From Fimicolochytrium jonesii (taxonomy: Eukaryota): DNA of 64,000 bases. Below the pieces are notes generated by a model. It was not told the origin of the DNA, made no database searches, and worked only from the letters and a program-made list of their open reading frames with translations. The stretch spans positions 1,116,001 through 1,180,000 of the forward strand of contig NW_026515670.1 in NCBI RefSeq assembly GCF_025526975.1, read 5' to 3'. Shown piece by piece: positions 11,452-24,094 of this stretch. The translations under genes were made by a program, and so were the position numbers. The first letter of the stretch is position 1. Each line of letters starts with the position of its first letter.

Positions 11452-14264
11452 ATGTGTCGAGGACGGCAATGGAAGGCGGAATGTGAAGACCGCAAGAGCA
11501 AGCATTCCAAGTCCTCCAACAAGCTGCCAGGCAACAAGTACCCCCTCCATAGCGAACACAGCTTACGCTAACCTACGAGGAGCCTCCGAACAGAATGCGG
11601 AAGAAAAGTAATTGGCGCAAGACGCCAAACCCGTCAAAGCTCGCCCCTCATGAGACACAGGAGGAGGTCGACCTCGACGATGAGGACATGCAGCTGTTCG
11701 AAGAGTTTGGAGGATACACTCGCTTCTTGACGACACTGAACCCCGAAGACCTCACGAAGAATGAGGTGCTTGACGGACCTAACGCGGTCATGCGAGCGAA
11801 AGGAAGTTTCCGCACCGCTCAGGGAGAGGACTCTGACAAAGACGAAAAGGAGGACTCGGACGCAGAAGCTAGCTATGAGCAGCGACCTAGGTCTATACGG
11901 GCAGAGTGGAAGACGGAGGAGAAGACGATGCTGCCTATTCGGGGTCAGGATGGTGCGCTTAAAATGCAGCATATAGTGGTGCAAGGCAACGGTATGTGAC
12001 CCTCACCTACAATCTTCGACAAATACTCTGGTACTGGTTCTCATAATGCCGTGATATCTTAGTATCACAAGAAGATGCCGCAGAAGTTGATAGCGAATCC
12101 GATACAGAAAAAACAGCACAGCAATTGAAGGCGAAGAAAGCGGCGAAACCAAGAACGAAGGACGCCCAGAAATCCGACACTCCCAAAGTACTAGAAACGG
12201 CTCAATCTCGCCAAGAGCGCATCGTACATGCACAGGAAAAGTTGGCGGATCTGGCATCGTCCATCATCGAGGATCCCGAAACGCAAATAGCGCAGTTGAA
12301 GAACCTGCGCCAGATTGCCTCGGACAAGGACGTGCAGATCCGGAAGATTGGTCTCCTGACCCAACTAGCTGTTTACAAGGACATTATCCCAGGATACAGA
12401 ATACGACAGTTGACTGATGCGGAGCAGGGTGTGGCTGTTACGAAAGAGGTCAAGAAGCTCCGACAATACGAGGAGACTCTTCTCTCGAACTACCAGGCGT
12501 ATTTGCAGATTTTGGAGAACACTGTGCAAGCAACGGTGAAATCGACAGAAGAGGCTGAACAGTCGTTACTGGTTGTTGCCATTCGATGCATGGCTGACCT
12601 TCTCACCTCTGTTACGCATTTCAACTTCCGGTTAAATCTGATGACGGCGGTGGTTGCGCGGATGACATTGAAGAACCCGCCTGCAGTGTCGGCGATATGC
12701 TGTAACGCCCTGTGCACGGTGTTCGTAGCGGACGAATCTGGTGAAGCGAGTTTGGAAGCGGTGAAATTGATCTCGAAAGCCATCAAAGCAAAGCACTATC
12801 AGGTTCAGGAGGAGGTGTTGAACACATTACTACGCCTGCGATTGAATAAGGATGCCAAAGCAGACAAGAAGGAGCGGAAACTAAAGCACTACGATGACAA
12901 AGATCGCCATAACGACCGCAAACGGAAGAAGAACGACAAGCACGTGTCCCGTAAGATCCGGAAAGTGGAGAAGCACAACAAAGAGATTGAGAAGGAGCTG
13001 AAAGAAGCCGAGGCGGTCTATGATCAGGACGAAGTGCAGAAACGCCACACTGAGACTCTGAAATTCGTCTTCCTGATCTACTTCCGCATTCTGAAGAATG
13101 CTTCCAACTCGCCGCTCCTGCCGGCGGTACTGGAAGGTCTCGCCCGCTTTGCGCATCTCATCAACGTCGAGTTCTTCGCAGACTTGTTGGAGGTTCTGAA
13201 AAAGATCTCGTATGAGCAATATCAGAGCTACATTCAGGGATCGGCCGCCTCGACTGCGGATACCCGATCTGCGTTCCACTGTGTGATTGCTGCCTTCCAG
13301 CTGCTGAGCGGACAGGGAGAAGCGTTGAATCTGGACCTAAAGGACTTTTACAGCTCCATGTACAGTCAGATGATGCGGTTAGCGATGAGCCCTGGGGCCG
13401 CATTGGCGATTGCAGGGACGAAGAGGGATAAAGACCGACGGGAGAGGCATGCTGCGAATACCACGGAAGTTGTGCACATGGAAACTCGGTCGGGGAGCGA
13501 GATCGAGCTGGCGTTGCAAGGATTTGAATTGCTGTTTTACAAGAAGCGAGCGGTAAGCTTTCCTTTTGAGTGACCTTTCAGACAATTGGGACTGGCTCTG
13601 ATTCCTCTGTGCAGGTACCAGTTGAACGAGTGGCCGCCTTTGTTAAGAGATTAGCAACGATCGGCCTGCATCTTCCCGCACATGCTACGCTGGCATGCCT
13701 CGCCATCATTCGTTCCCTCATCATTGTGAGTTGCAAATCGCGTTTGTAAATTGACACCTTCACCCGGTTACTGACTTACCTCATCCCTTACAGCGCTTCC
13801 CGCGTCTGGAGAGTCTAATGGACGCTGAAGGACGGATAGGCACAGGAGTATACAGACCGCTCCTCGAAGATCCCGAACTTTCGAATCCCTTCGCCACAAA
13901 CATGTGGGAGCTTACACTCCTGCTGCATCACTACCATCCCACCGTCCGAACACTCGCCAAACACGTCGCCGGAACCGTGTCGATAACACAGAAAGGCGCA
14001 ACTCAAGTGCAGAACGTGCATAAACCATTACCGGGTGACCTCGCGTGCCCACCTCGGGAGTTCCTGACGCGATATGACCCCAATCCGTTTGCGGCTACTG
14101 ACAGGCCGGAAGCATTCCGCTTGGCACCGGCCACAGAGATACCAGGCGCCATTGCGACGGTGTTGAAGAAGATGCAGTCGAAGGGCATCAAATACGTTGA
14201 TGGGCCGTCGGCGATCATGGCGAGCGAGTTTCTGCAGAAATTAGAGAGTCGTGTGGGGGCGTGA
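11452..14264 (+). CDS. NOC3: Nucleolar complex-associated protein 3 (multi-exon)
   Basis: LLTQLAVYKDIIPGYRIRQL, THFNFRLNL, IYFRILK, LEGLARFAHLINVEFF and DPELSNPFATNMWEL are Noc3/CBF-domain motifs; introns near 11993, 13553 and 13726; start codon approximate. Confidence 0.9.
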
Positions 14265-14379
14265 AAGCACTCTCATTGACGGGGTATTTGTATAATAGAT
14301 TCTTATAGAAGGCAGTCATGGGCGTTCTAGTAATTATTTAGCTGATGTAGTTATCATAGGTGGGGCCTACAGTGTATAT

Positions 14380-15357
14380 TCACGGTGGGTCCTTTGCTGA
14401 TTGAGGTTGTTTGAAGTTCAAAACATTCAATTTTGCCTGTAATGTTGCTACGGTGTTTTCCCTTGCTTTGAGCAGCCGCTCTCCTTTGATTTGTGTCATG
14501 TCCGTATACTGTGGGGGTGCGCCGCTTGGAGAAGGTGCGATATTCTCGAGACGGCGGATCTCGTCGCGCATGGACGCTATGACTTTATCCTTCGCACGGA
14601 GTTCGTCCTCAATTTCGGCAACGGAGCGCCCAGGGTTTTGCGGCTGTTGTGGGGCCGACACCATTGTCTGTGGTGATGCTGGTGGTGGAACTCGGCCTGA
14701 CATCCCTCCGAATAACGGCGGGGGCACAGCTGGAGCCGGAGGGCCAACCCAGGCGCCTTTCCTCAAGCACTCCATCGCAACATTCTCAATATGCGTAAAC
14801 CGTATCGGCCCCAACAACGTTCCTCCATACCACCTCGAAACTACAACCAAGACATCGACCGCCTGCCACTTTTCCAACAACTTCACCACCCGCGACCCCG
14901 CCCACTTTTCCCCGTCGTCATCCCATCCAGTGACAGCACGAAAGTCGTCCGGTCCACCAAGACCGCTGCGTCCCGATTTGAGCGCTAAATATCTCCAGGC
15001 GCGGACGTTGTGGGAGGCGCCGGCAGCAGGCGGATGAGTTGTGATATGGCGGGACACGCGTTGAACGTCTTGTTCGGAGGTGACCTCAGCTGCTTGAGCG
15101 AAAAAGGTCGAATCGCGGTCATTGACTTTTCCCGAGAGGGTGATGGGTGGGAGGGCTGTGGATGTAGGTTGAGGTGATGCGGGTTTTGAAAGAGTCCAAG
15201 GCGTGGGAATTTCTGCTCGCTGCTTTTTAGTCGGTGGTAATTGGTTAACTGTGCCGGTGGCATCGATGTCACTGGCTAGCGCTTCTTCGGCGGGACGCTT
15301 GCTTCCCAACCTCACGGACGCTCCAGAAACGCTCTCCTCTGTAACTACTGCGTCCAT
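14380..15357 (-). CDS. IMPACT/YIH1 (UPF0029, ancient domain) family protein lacking RWD domain
   Basis: DRDSTF, ASHNVRAWR, DDDGEKWAG and VVVSRWYGGTLLGPIRFTHIENVA motifs; likely start MDAVV at 15357; C-terminal coiled coil. Confidence 0.85.
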   Translation of the reverse strand: MDAVVTEESVSGASVRLGSKRPAEEALASDIDATGTVNQLPPTKKQRAEIPTPWTLSKPASPQPTSTALPPITLSGKVNDRDSTFFAQAAEVTSEQDVQRVSRHITTHPPAAGASHNVRAWRYLALKSGRSGLGGPDDFRAVTGWDDDGEKWAGSRVVKLLEKWQAVDVLVVVSRWYGGTLLGPIRFTHIENVAMECLRKGAWVGPPAPAVPPPLFGGMSGRVPPPASPQTMVSAPQQPQNPGRSVAEIEDELRAKDKVIASMRDEIRRLENIAPSPSGAPPQYTDMTQIKGERLLKARENTVATLQAKLNVLNFKQPQSAKDPP

Positions 15358-16510
15358 GTTGCGTTCCGTAAAATGCTTCCGAATCAGGATCCCCTCTGAG
15401 GAGTCAACATCAATACTGTACGTACAGTACGTAAAGAGGTTGTCCAGGAGCAGCCGGAGGCTCGAAATGAAGTGGGACATGAGAACACGGGAAAGCTGCG
15501 AAGTGGCTTGCATGTCCATATGGGTAAACCCGCCAAGGAAAGCGACAAGAGGCATTTGTCATCTTGGGCAGATCCGAGGGATGTGGCTGTGACCTCGGTT
15601 TATAATATCAACGCCGGGGGTGGGACTGTGGACAGGAGGGGTACCGGCGGTATGGGCGCGCCGTCCCACCGATCCAGCGTCCCAATGCAATCTCGATCCG
15701 ATCCGGGCGGCCGTTTGTTTCCTGCGCAGCGCTGCAGATCCCTGCCTCCTGACTTTTCCGACGAATGCCCATCCACAAGAACCGGCCCAATTGCATGCGG
15801 CTTTGACATCACTCTTTGCGCAGGGCGGGCCGGAATTCGATGAATGCGCATTCTGAATCTTTTGTTACGAGGACTCTCCGGCGGCGATGCAAAAGAGCCG
15901 ATGGGTGGGCGGAGGGGGCCCATTTCGTGCAACGGGTAACCGTATGACATGCGTGTAATGGTGATGATGGCCCCCCCACACCGCTTCGTTTCTTGCTGAG
16001 GAATGAGGCGAGCGCCATGTGTATACATATACTGGACGATACGTACGAGGCCCGATCGACGATTTCATTTCGCTTCAGGCGCTCTCAAAAAGCAGCCTCC
16101 TGCCCGTGAACTGGAATGGCACAATATGAAGGGAGGTTCGGACGGAAGCCGTCCCCCATCAAGAGAATGACTGCTGGTAATATTCAACCAGATATCTCTC
16201 TATTCACATATACATGCTAGCGGACCCGATCGTACAGCGCTACGCTCCGATTGACCCAAACCCCCAGTTACGGCAATCCACTACTTGCTCGGAGCCCCGC
16301 TCTCTTCCATAGCTTTCTAATACGTACAAATACCTCGCTGTCCGGCTCTACCCCTTCTCAAAATCGCTTCGGACACCTGCAATATCCTGCAACATCTTCT
16401 GCACTGAGTGTACCTTTCACTTTCGTGGACGTTTCTTCAAATTCATCCCGACACCTTGATTGATTTACTGTAACACTTGCAACGCTCAAAGCGAGCCATC
16501 ATCCTTTGCG

Positions 16511-19474
16511 ATGCACAACTACAATCACGACGATTCCAAGACCTTGACGGGCAAGGTATGGTATTCAGGGTGTACATTTAGTCGTGATCTGACTCCCTCA
16601 TCTATGCGGGCGGATGTGTAACCGTTTCTGTCGTTCATCCGCATTTAGCCCCGCAAGCGACTCACACAATCTTGCGACCGCTGCAAGGCAAAAAAGCGTC
16701 GGTGCGACGGCGGCCATCCATGCGGCAACTGCAAGAAGGCTCAGGCAACATGCACCATGCTCATCGAACAAAAGAAGCGCGGCCCCAAACGTAATTCCAT
16801 AACCACCACAACAGTATCTTCAGTGACACCAAGGAACAAGTCCACAGCAAAGATCGGCGAGGCGAGCAGTTCATCATCGATGCACGCCCAGGAGCCGACA
16901 TCCCCCTCCGTCGAGTCTGAGGACGCAATGTCTGAGGACGAAGAAGAGGAAGAGTACGAGGACGACCAAGGCACTGAGGAAGCCGAAGACGTTGAAGAGG
17001 AAGACTACGAGCTCCAAACCACACCTCAAGATACCAGCGACATGGACATCGTATACATCAACACTCCCGAAGTCGTGGACGAATCCTCACCACCATCAAA
17101 TCCTAATCGAGACTCCTTCTTCGGCGAGGGTGATGACGCCGATAACAGTAGCTTCTTCCGCGAGCTCGAGGCCTTTGGCCCAATCGTGATGGATACCACT
17201 TTACCTAGCGGTGACGACGGATCGCGCCGTGATTCCCTCTTCAGCGACGAGTTCAATTACGACATGCTGCCAAACAACTTGCAGCTGTTCGATACCGTAG
17301 GCTCGCCCGCGTTCCCATCGTCCAACACGCCAATGTCGGGGTCTACGGCCGACTACTTGAGTCAGATTCTGGGAACACCCAGCAATCTGATGAACGCGGC
17401 TGCTCTCAACGCCATTGCCCCTGCGGAATGGATTTGCGAATCTATGGCGCCGACGAACTCGATCCCTACGGTACCTCAACCGCCACTCTATCCAGCGGCG
17501 GCAAGCCACTCGACCGACATCATGGGAGATCGCGCAATGTTCCCCAGTATACCCACGTTCCCAATGAAGCCCGATTTCGCACCCCGCGCAGCGACGTGGA
17601 AGCTGTCTGATCTCAAGTCCGACGATTTGCAACTGCCTGCCTCCCTGGCCACCGGTCTCCCAGACGACTTCCACTTGCACGTCATCACATTGTACTTCAC
17701 CTACTTCCACCCATCATACCCAATCATCGACGAGCCCACCTTCTTCAAGTCGTTGCTGTCGCTGCGCGCTCGCTCCAGGCTCGCGACCGGTACTCCCGAT
17801 GACAGCTCGCCAAGGTCAATGCATCCCAGTATCGAGGGCTCCAAGCAAGATGACGCAAGCGGCAAATTAGGTGTCTTCGACGGCGCATCCGAGGCTCTCC
17901 TGAACGCCATCTACGGTATCGGCACCCTCTACTCCGCTCACCCCCACGTCGCCTCGGTCGGCGGCCGCATCCCTCTCAGCGAGCGCTTCATCCAAGTCGC
18001 TCGACGATCCCTGCGAATCGGCTCCGACGCCATCGCCCGATGCCTCATCGACACATGTACATTCGGATGTACAGTCAACACCCCGAGCGAGATGGAGCTC
18101 CTACCCGGCACATGGCGGATTGCACAGAAGCAGCAGCTGGCATTCGACAGCCCTTACTCGTCGTTGTATCACGTTGCGAACGGTCGTCAGGCGCCTACGG
18201 ATACTCAGCCGGCAGGCAAGCAGGCGAAGAAACGTGCGTGGTGGGGTATCTTCTCCCTCGATACGTTCACGGCGCTGTGCACCGGGTACGACTTCCTCGT
18301 CGATGAAGCGCGATACATGGGCGCACTCCTTGACACTGAATCGTTGTGCCGAGTTGCGACGCATACCCTCGCTGCAGAGAAAGCGGTCCAAGACTCGCGA
18401 TACGGGTTGACCTTTGCTCCGTCCGGTATTCAGATGTGGGCGTCGCCTGAGCAGGAAAGCTCGGTGGTCGACACGACACCCGAACTGGTTTGGGACGCGG
18501 CAGGTCTTGGGTCGCCTCGTTGCACTATCTTCCAATTCTCGTCGGAATGTACATCGGGGTACAGTGCCGCCCAGCAACTGTCGACACCTGCCGAGAGCAG
18601 CGCTGACCAGCTCGTGACTTCGCTTTCCGACGTACAGCCGCACATCAGGTTGTCCATCTTCCTTCGCAAGATCATTCGGGGTACCACGCAGGCGAACCAG
18701 AATACGCCAGCGCAGGTGGCGGCTCTGCACGGCAAATTGATGCGCTTATCGACTTCGTTGCCGCTGGACGTCAGGCGGTATGTGGCGATCGGTCAACCTT
18801 TGACGGCAACCGATTACGTCAAGCATCTCTCGCCTACTTCCGTGCACACCATCCTCCTCTTCCTCGCGTCGCTTTCCGTCCTTCACCAAATGCGTCTCGA
18901 GGATACGTCCATCATGCACGACACCACCGTGCTCGGCGCGACCGCCACAGGCACGTCCGTCAACACGTCAATGACGAGCCTCGGCGTCTGCTGTGCAGTG
19001 TACACCCGCGCGGTCGCTCTCCTCGACTCCATCTACGCCGCCCGCTTTGCCACATCCCTGAACGACGGCCCAACCGACAACGGCACCCTCTCGGCCCTCT
19101 CTGCACCCGCGCCGCCATACCCACCCCACGAACTCGTCGCGCTGCCCTTCACACCCGTCTTGCTCGCCCTCACCGCCATCCCCGTCCTGTCATCCAAGCA
19201 TGGCCAAGTCCTCGTCAACGCGTCCGTCGGCCATATCGGCACCGCGCCGAGCGATCTTCCCTGTCTCGAGCGGGGGATCTTACCCGCACTCGACGACATT
19301 GCGATGGTCTGGCCACGTGCGAGCTGCTACGCTGCTACCTTGCGCAGCTGGGCGGAGGTGGTGCGTGAACCTGTGGCGGTAAAGAAGACGAAGGTGGCCG
19401 ATACAGCTTCGTTGTTGTGGAAGAAGTGGGATGGTTCGTCAATGCAGAGGATCAATGTGGCATTTGATATTTGA
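16511..19474 (+). CDS. Zn(II)2Cys6 fungal transcription factor with middle homology (Fungal_trans-like) region
   Basis: Exon 1 16511-16555, intron 16556-16648 (GTATGG...TTAG), exon 2 encodes CDRCKAKKRRCDGGHPCGNCKKAQATC; later LYFTYFHPSYPII and KRAWWGIFSLD. Confidence 0.92.
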
Positions 19475-20199
19475 AGATGTAGTTTCTCTTTTATGTCGTG
19501 TATATACTTTTTTGTGCGTCTTACATTTTGGGAGAGTCCGATGAGGACTTATGGTTTTGAATGCGAAACAAGAATACCTTTTGCACAGACTGATCGCTTT
19601 GATTGATGCGCATGCATGAAACCGTCATGGGTGGTGGGATGCCTACTCTCTGAAGTCTCACTCCAACGCGCAGTCGGTCTTACATACTTGGAGACCAGTT
19701 CGGACCTCGTCATTTCTCCCAGCCCCCATGCACTTCGCGTCGAAGGGATAGTGGTAACTGCACATTGCCATCATATCAGCGCTAGGACTCTCATTGTTCC
19801 CACGGCTTTCCTCATCGACCTGTTTCATCTAACTCACCGTCTCCGGAGGACGTTGTAACAATTGGAACCTCAGCAATGGTGAAGACGACATTCGCCAAAA
19901 CGGTCGTCGCCTGTCGCTTCGATACTGGGAGAAACAGCTGCTGGGAGTCCAATCTTGCAAAGCGTGCCAAGTTCCTTCGAGAAATTCTTTGGAGGATCTT
20001 CGAAAGTGTAACCGGCGGTAAACCGGCGTGTTGAGGGAATCCCGGATCCCCGGATCACGGTGTCCTCGCGAGTTCACGCCTCGCCGCAAGCCAAGCCCCG
20101 TCACAGCCCGTCAATTCCCGCTGCAAAGCAGGGCACTCCCCAAATTCTCCAACTCTCGCCGCCAAGGATGGCACCGCCCACCCTTCGCATACACAGATA

Positions 20200-20405
20200 T
20201 ACAGTAGGCTGCCAGATATCAGGTTACGACGCCCCAACGACACATCATTCCGAACATAGCCACCGGCTCAAGTTGCCTACCCCCATGCAAATCCTTGAGC
20301 ACGACCGCTAGCCCAGGGCAGGACTGACAGCTGGCCGGTGACTTCTGGGGTTGCACAGGGAGGCTCAACAACCCGTCGTAACCTGATATCTGGCAGCCTA
20401 CTGTA
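20200..20405. mobile_element. MITE (non-autonomous Tc1/mariner-type), about 202 bp plus TA duplication
   Basis: Perfect inverted repeat tacagtaggctgccagatatcaggttacgacg (20200-20231) / cgtcgtaacctgatatctggcagcctactgta (20374-20405), i.e. TA + 30-bp TIR starting CAGT. Confidence 0.85.
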
Positions 20406-20536
20406 CAAGAGAGCAACCTACCACCCGGGGCTTGCCGCTAAACTCGAAGTCTCTTCTCCCTCGCAATTGCCGTCACTTCGTTACTGTACAAAGTCACTCC
20501 GAATATTCGAATACCACTCGACCGTAACTCATCGTC

Positions 20537-21318
20537 ATGGGCGCCAGCCAATCTTATCAGAACATTCCGCTGCATGCCTCCAACCCTCCAATCGCCGCGG
20601 TAGATACCCGCTTCATTCTCCCGAACCCAGTAACCCTCCTCCTGGTCGAAGTACGTCTTGTCTCCACCTTATTTCGTTGTTTACGATCGTTCTAACTCCT
20701 TGTAGAAACCATTTTCCTTCTCTGGAGATGATTTTTCTATCAGGGATGCAAATAACGGGACACCTTACTTCAAATGCTCGGGGCGGGCAATGTCTTTGTC
20801 ACAAAAGAAAACGTTTCTAGACGCCTACGGGAAGCCGGTGTTCAATATGAAAAGGGAACGGTTCGCCTTTCTCAAACCTAGCCACTTCCTCTTTCTTGGG
20901 GAGCATTCGGAGACAAAGCTCTGCGAGATTCGATCGTCTTTTGTTGTTCTCAAAGCAAAGTTGACGGTAGTGTTCAAGAACTTGGTGGATGGCACCAATG
21001 TCGAGCTGGGGTTGAAAGGGAACTGGTTGGCAAGGGACTGCATGATCTGGGCGGATTATGGATGCAAGGGAGAAGCGAACAGAAAACCTATCGCTACCAT
21101 CAAAATGCCTGTTCTGAGGACAAACAACCTGATCTTTGGCAAGCAGTACGTACTTTCCTTCTTGAGGATCTTGCGTATACACCGCGTACTTACATAAAAA
21201 ACTTTGACCTATCATCAGAGAATACTGGCTTACAGCCGCACCAGGAGTGGATATCGCGCTGCTCGTCGCCATCTGCATCGCTTTAGATGAAGCTGCTCAC
21301 GACAGAAAAAGGGAATGA
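20537..21318 (+). CDS. LURP-one / tubby C-terminal-like (scramblase-related) protein, 3 exons
   Basis: MGASQS start; KPFSFSGDDFSIRD, SLSQKKTFLD, LKGNWLAR and EYWLTAAPGVDIALLVAICIALDE after splicing GTACGT introns at about 20651 and 21146. Confidence 0.88.
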
Positions 21319-22444
21319 TGTTGTGACGTTCTCAGCACGGCCCGTGCTTGTTCTTTCTATACCGGCGGCCGTCCCAGCCTGTATCCGTCTGAACCGCACA
21401 AGTTAAGACCCTTAGGTTATGTTTTGGAAGAAGAAGCAGATGAAGGATTGGCAGATGTCTACCGGCAATCCAAGTCGGCGTAGTATATGTACTGGAGCAC
21501 GAAGCACGAGTCATGTAGTGTATGAAAGAATGTAAAGTATATAGCATAGATGGAGCACTTTTTGGCGTAATAACATTTTTGTGAAAAGCAGGATAGGCGG
21601 CATGGTTGATTAGATATCTCAACGTAGGCTGCTTCTACAAACAAGGAGACGCGCTGTCGATTTTCCGATGCCTGTCCCCACAACTACTGACCCCAGTCAC
21701 TTCAACAAAAGACAGAGGGATACTGGGTGAACAGCACCCGCCGGCAGCCGTGTCTTCATATCCATGGATCCAGGACTCATCCCCCGCTCCAGATATTTAC
21801 AATTGCGTGGAATGTTCGATCCTGGCCAATTGAGACATGGCTCAGTTCTTTTTGCCTGTCCTTCATAGGGTCTTACGGGTTTGTGTCTCTTTGTCCTGTC
21901 CTTCATCGTGAAGACAATGCCCAACTGAGAAGAACTTCCTTGGTCCTTGTCGAGAACTCATTGACTAGCCCGAGATGCACAGAATCGTAGACTGGCCGGG
22001 AGGAACGGCTTCGGCTGGGGGACAGCGAGAATTGACTTACAAGGGCAGGCACCTTCACTCTGCAGCACCCTCAGGCTACAAGTTCCATCCACCTCGATCC
22101 ATGTATCTCTAGATATGGCGCCCTGTCAGTCGTCCCGCCATTGTAATTTAGGAGCACATTTAGAAGCACAGCGCGGTTGGAGAATTATTAGCTAGCAGTC
22201 GGACGTGACGCCGCGGTCGCCGGGGAAGACGACGCAGGTTAGGGGCATTGCAACAATCGACAGACGGGGTAGCGAAATTAGTACATGAAGTAGATGAAGG
22301 CCTACTCACATCTACGCCTGCTGCGAGACGTTTCTCGTTCACCTCCTACGCCGGCTTCGCTGTCTCCTTTAATTACACTATGCCACCGCCGAGCCCATAT
22401 CTGACGGTCAAACAACCACATACTCCCTTCACTGGGGCCTATTC

Positions 22445-23320
22445 TAGACACGCATCTCCTCCGCAAACCGTTTTGCGCCATTTTCAGCTACTGGCGCATA
22501 CGCTGGGAGTGCTCCCGATGCACCGCCGGATGATGGTGGTGCTGGAGGGTAGATCGGCGAGGAATCTCCAGGGGTTAGTTTTGGCAGGTAAGCGGGCAGC
22601 GGCTCTGGTGCGAGTGATTGAGCGAGGAGAGATGCGGATTGGGCGCTAAAGGCGTAGAGTTCAACCGTCTAAACAGAAGAGGTAAATGAGGCCATACGTC
22701 ACCCCAACCCAACCCAACGCACGACTCACCGACTCTGGATGACTGGTCCCTTTGTCAATATACCGCCACATCATCCCCCGAGCATTATCCACCTTATTGA
22801 AATCATCCGACAACTTTTCGGTCGTGCTCATGGCGGAAAGGATCGCGCGCCGACGCAAAGTGCCCCCGATGACCAAAGCGAGGAACATTCCTAACATGCA
22901 GGCGCCGACTTGTATGATTCCGCTGGATAGTTGAAACAGAGGGGTTGATTGTTAGCTCGTAGACGGGAGTAGGGAGAGGGGAGGGGAAGGGTATGCGACA
23001 TACGAGGGAGGACCGGCAGGATTCATTAGCTCGGGTCGGGAGCCCGTCATTACTGGCACGATTATGGCCAGGAGGACGATCAGCACGATGATGGCGGGTA
23101 TGCCGTACAGGATCCCCGGCTGCACCCTCTGGGCTGAAACATTAAGTTCCCTCCTTCTCCCCTCAATCCACTCCGTCGTAGGGCAAATCAGTCCACTTTC
23201 TGCCAGCTGTCCGCGCGCAAACGGTGAATTTAAATCACCCAGCCCGGCTCCAGTCTTCTGCTTGAAGGTTCCCCTGGAGAAGCTGGGGGTACGGAGGCGA
23301 AGGGATAGGATGTGTAGCAT
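22445..23320 (-). CDS. Hypothetical small membrane protein (2 hydrophobic segments, Pro-rich C-terminus)
   Basis: GILYGIPAIIVLIVLLAIIVPV and LGMFLALVIGG hydrophobic stretches in successive minus-strand ORFs joined by plausible introns; no recognisable family; ends approximate. Confidence 0.45.
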
Positions 23321-24094
23321 TTCTTTTTCTGTGTGATTATTATGGTGGATGGCGTGGAGGAAGGCAAGGGATCCGTTTTCATATATATAGAATTTTGAAA
23401 TATGGTTTGCAAGTCAAACTTCCTGAAAGCGTGGCGTGGACGCGTTCTGTGGTCTCGACGTAATGGATTATGGAGTGGGCGGGGGTCAAGCTGCCAACTT
23501 GCCAAGTTCCCCAGGTGCCAAAATGTGACCATTGTGGAACCTACTGTGAACACTACTGTACCTTAATAAGGGGGCCATACGCACGGTCTTCATGCGACGG
23601 GGCGTTAATTTACGGTGCGTTATGCCATATGCACATTCACATATCTACATATGATAGGAGGGAATGAAAAGGACGCTGTTCCGGAACCCACCGTCCAAAC
23701 TTTGTAGCCCATCTGTGAAGACTTGGCAGCCAATTTCACAGTCCTGACGGTGAACTTTACAACTGTTCACGAGATGACCAGTACAGTACGTACATACTTA
23801 CACATGACATCCTAACCATTGACTACTGTACAACAAAAAAATGCGCCCAGCGCTAATCTTACAGAAGCGACTTACGCCGGTAAAGGGAGAACAAAGGTCA
23901 AGTGAGAAGCTAGCTACATTACATGTACAGTACTCCCAGCCTGCATCCCATCTATGTTTGACCTAGATTGTCTATGTGGTCTGATAAGCTGTCCTAGAAA
24001 TGCATACGCCGTCGTGGTAAAGATGGTCGTGATGAGAGTGTTGAAGAAGGAAAATATGGTCGAGTGAAATTATCGAGGTTGGTGTGAAGGCATC

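Noticed and set aside
15600..16070. Overlapping short ORFs / CGG-rich Zn2Cys6 binding sites upstream of the transcription factor
   Set aside because: ORFs lack coherent protein features; CGG triplets are expected in GC-rich sequence and show no consistent spacing.
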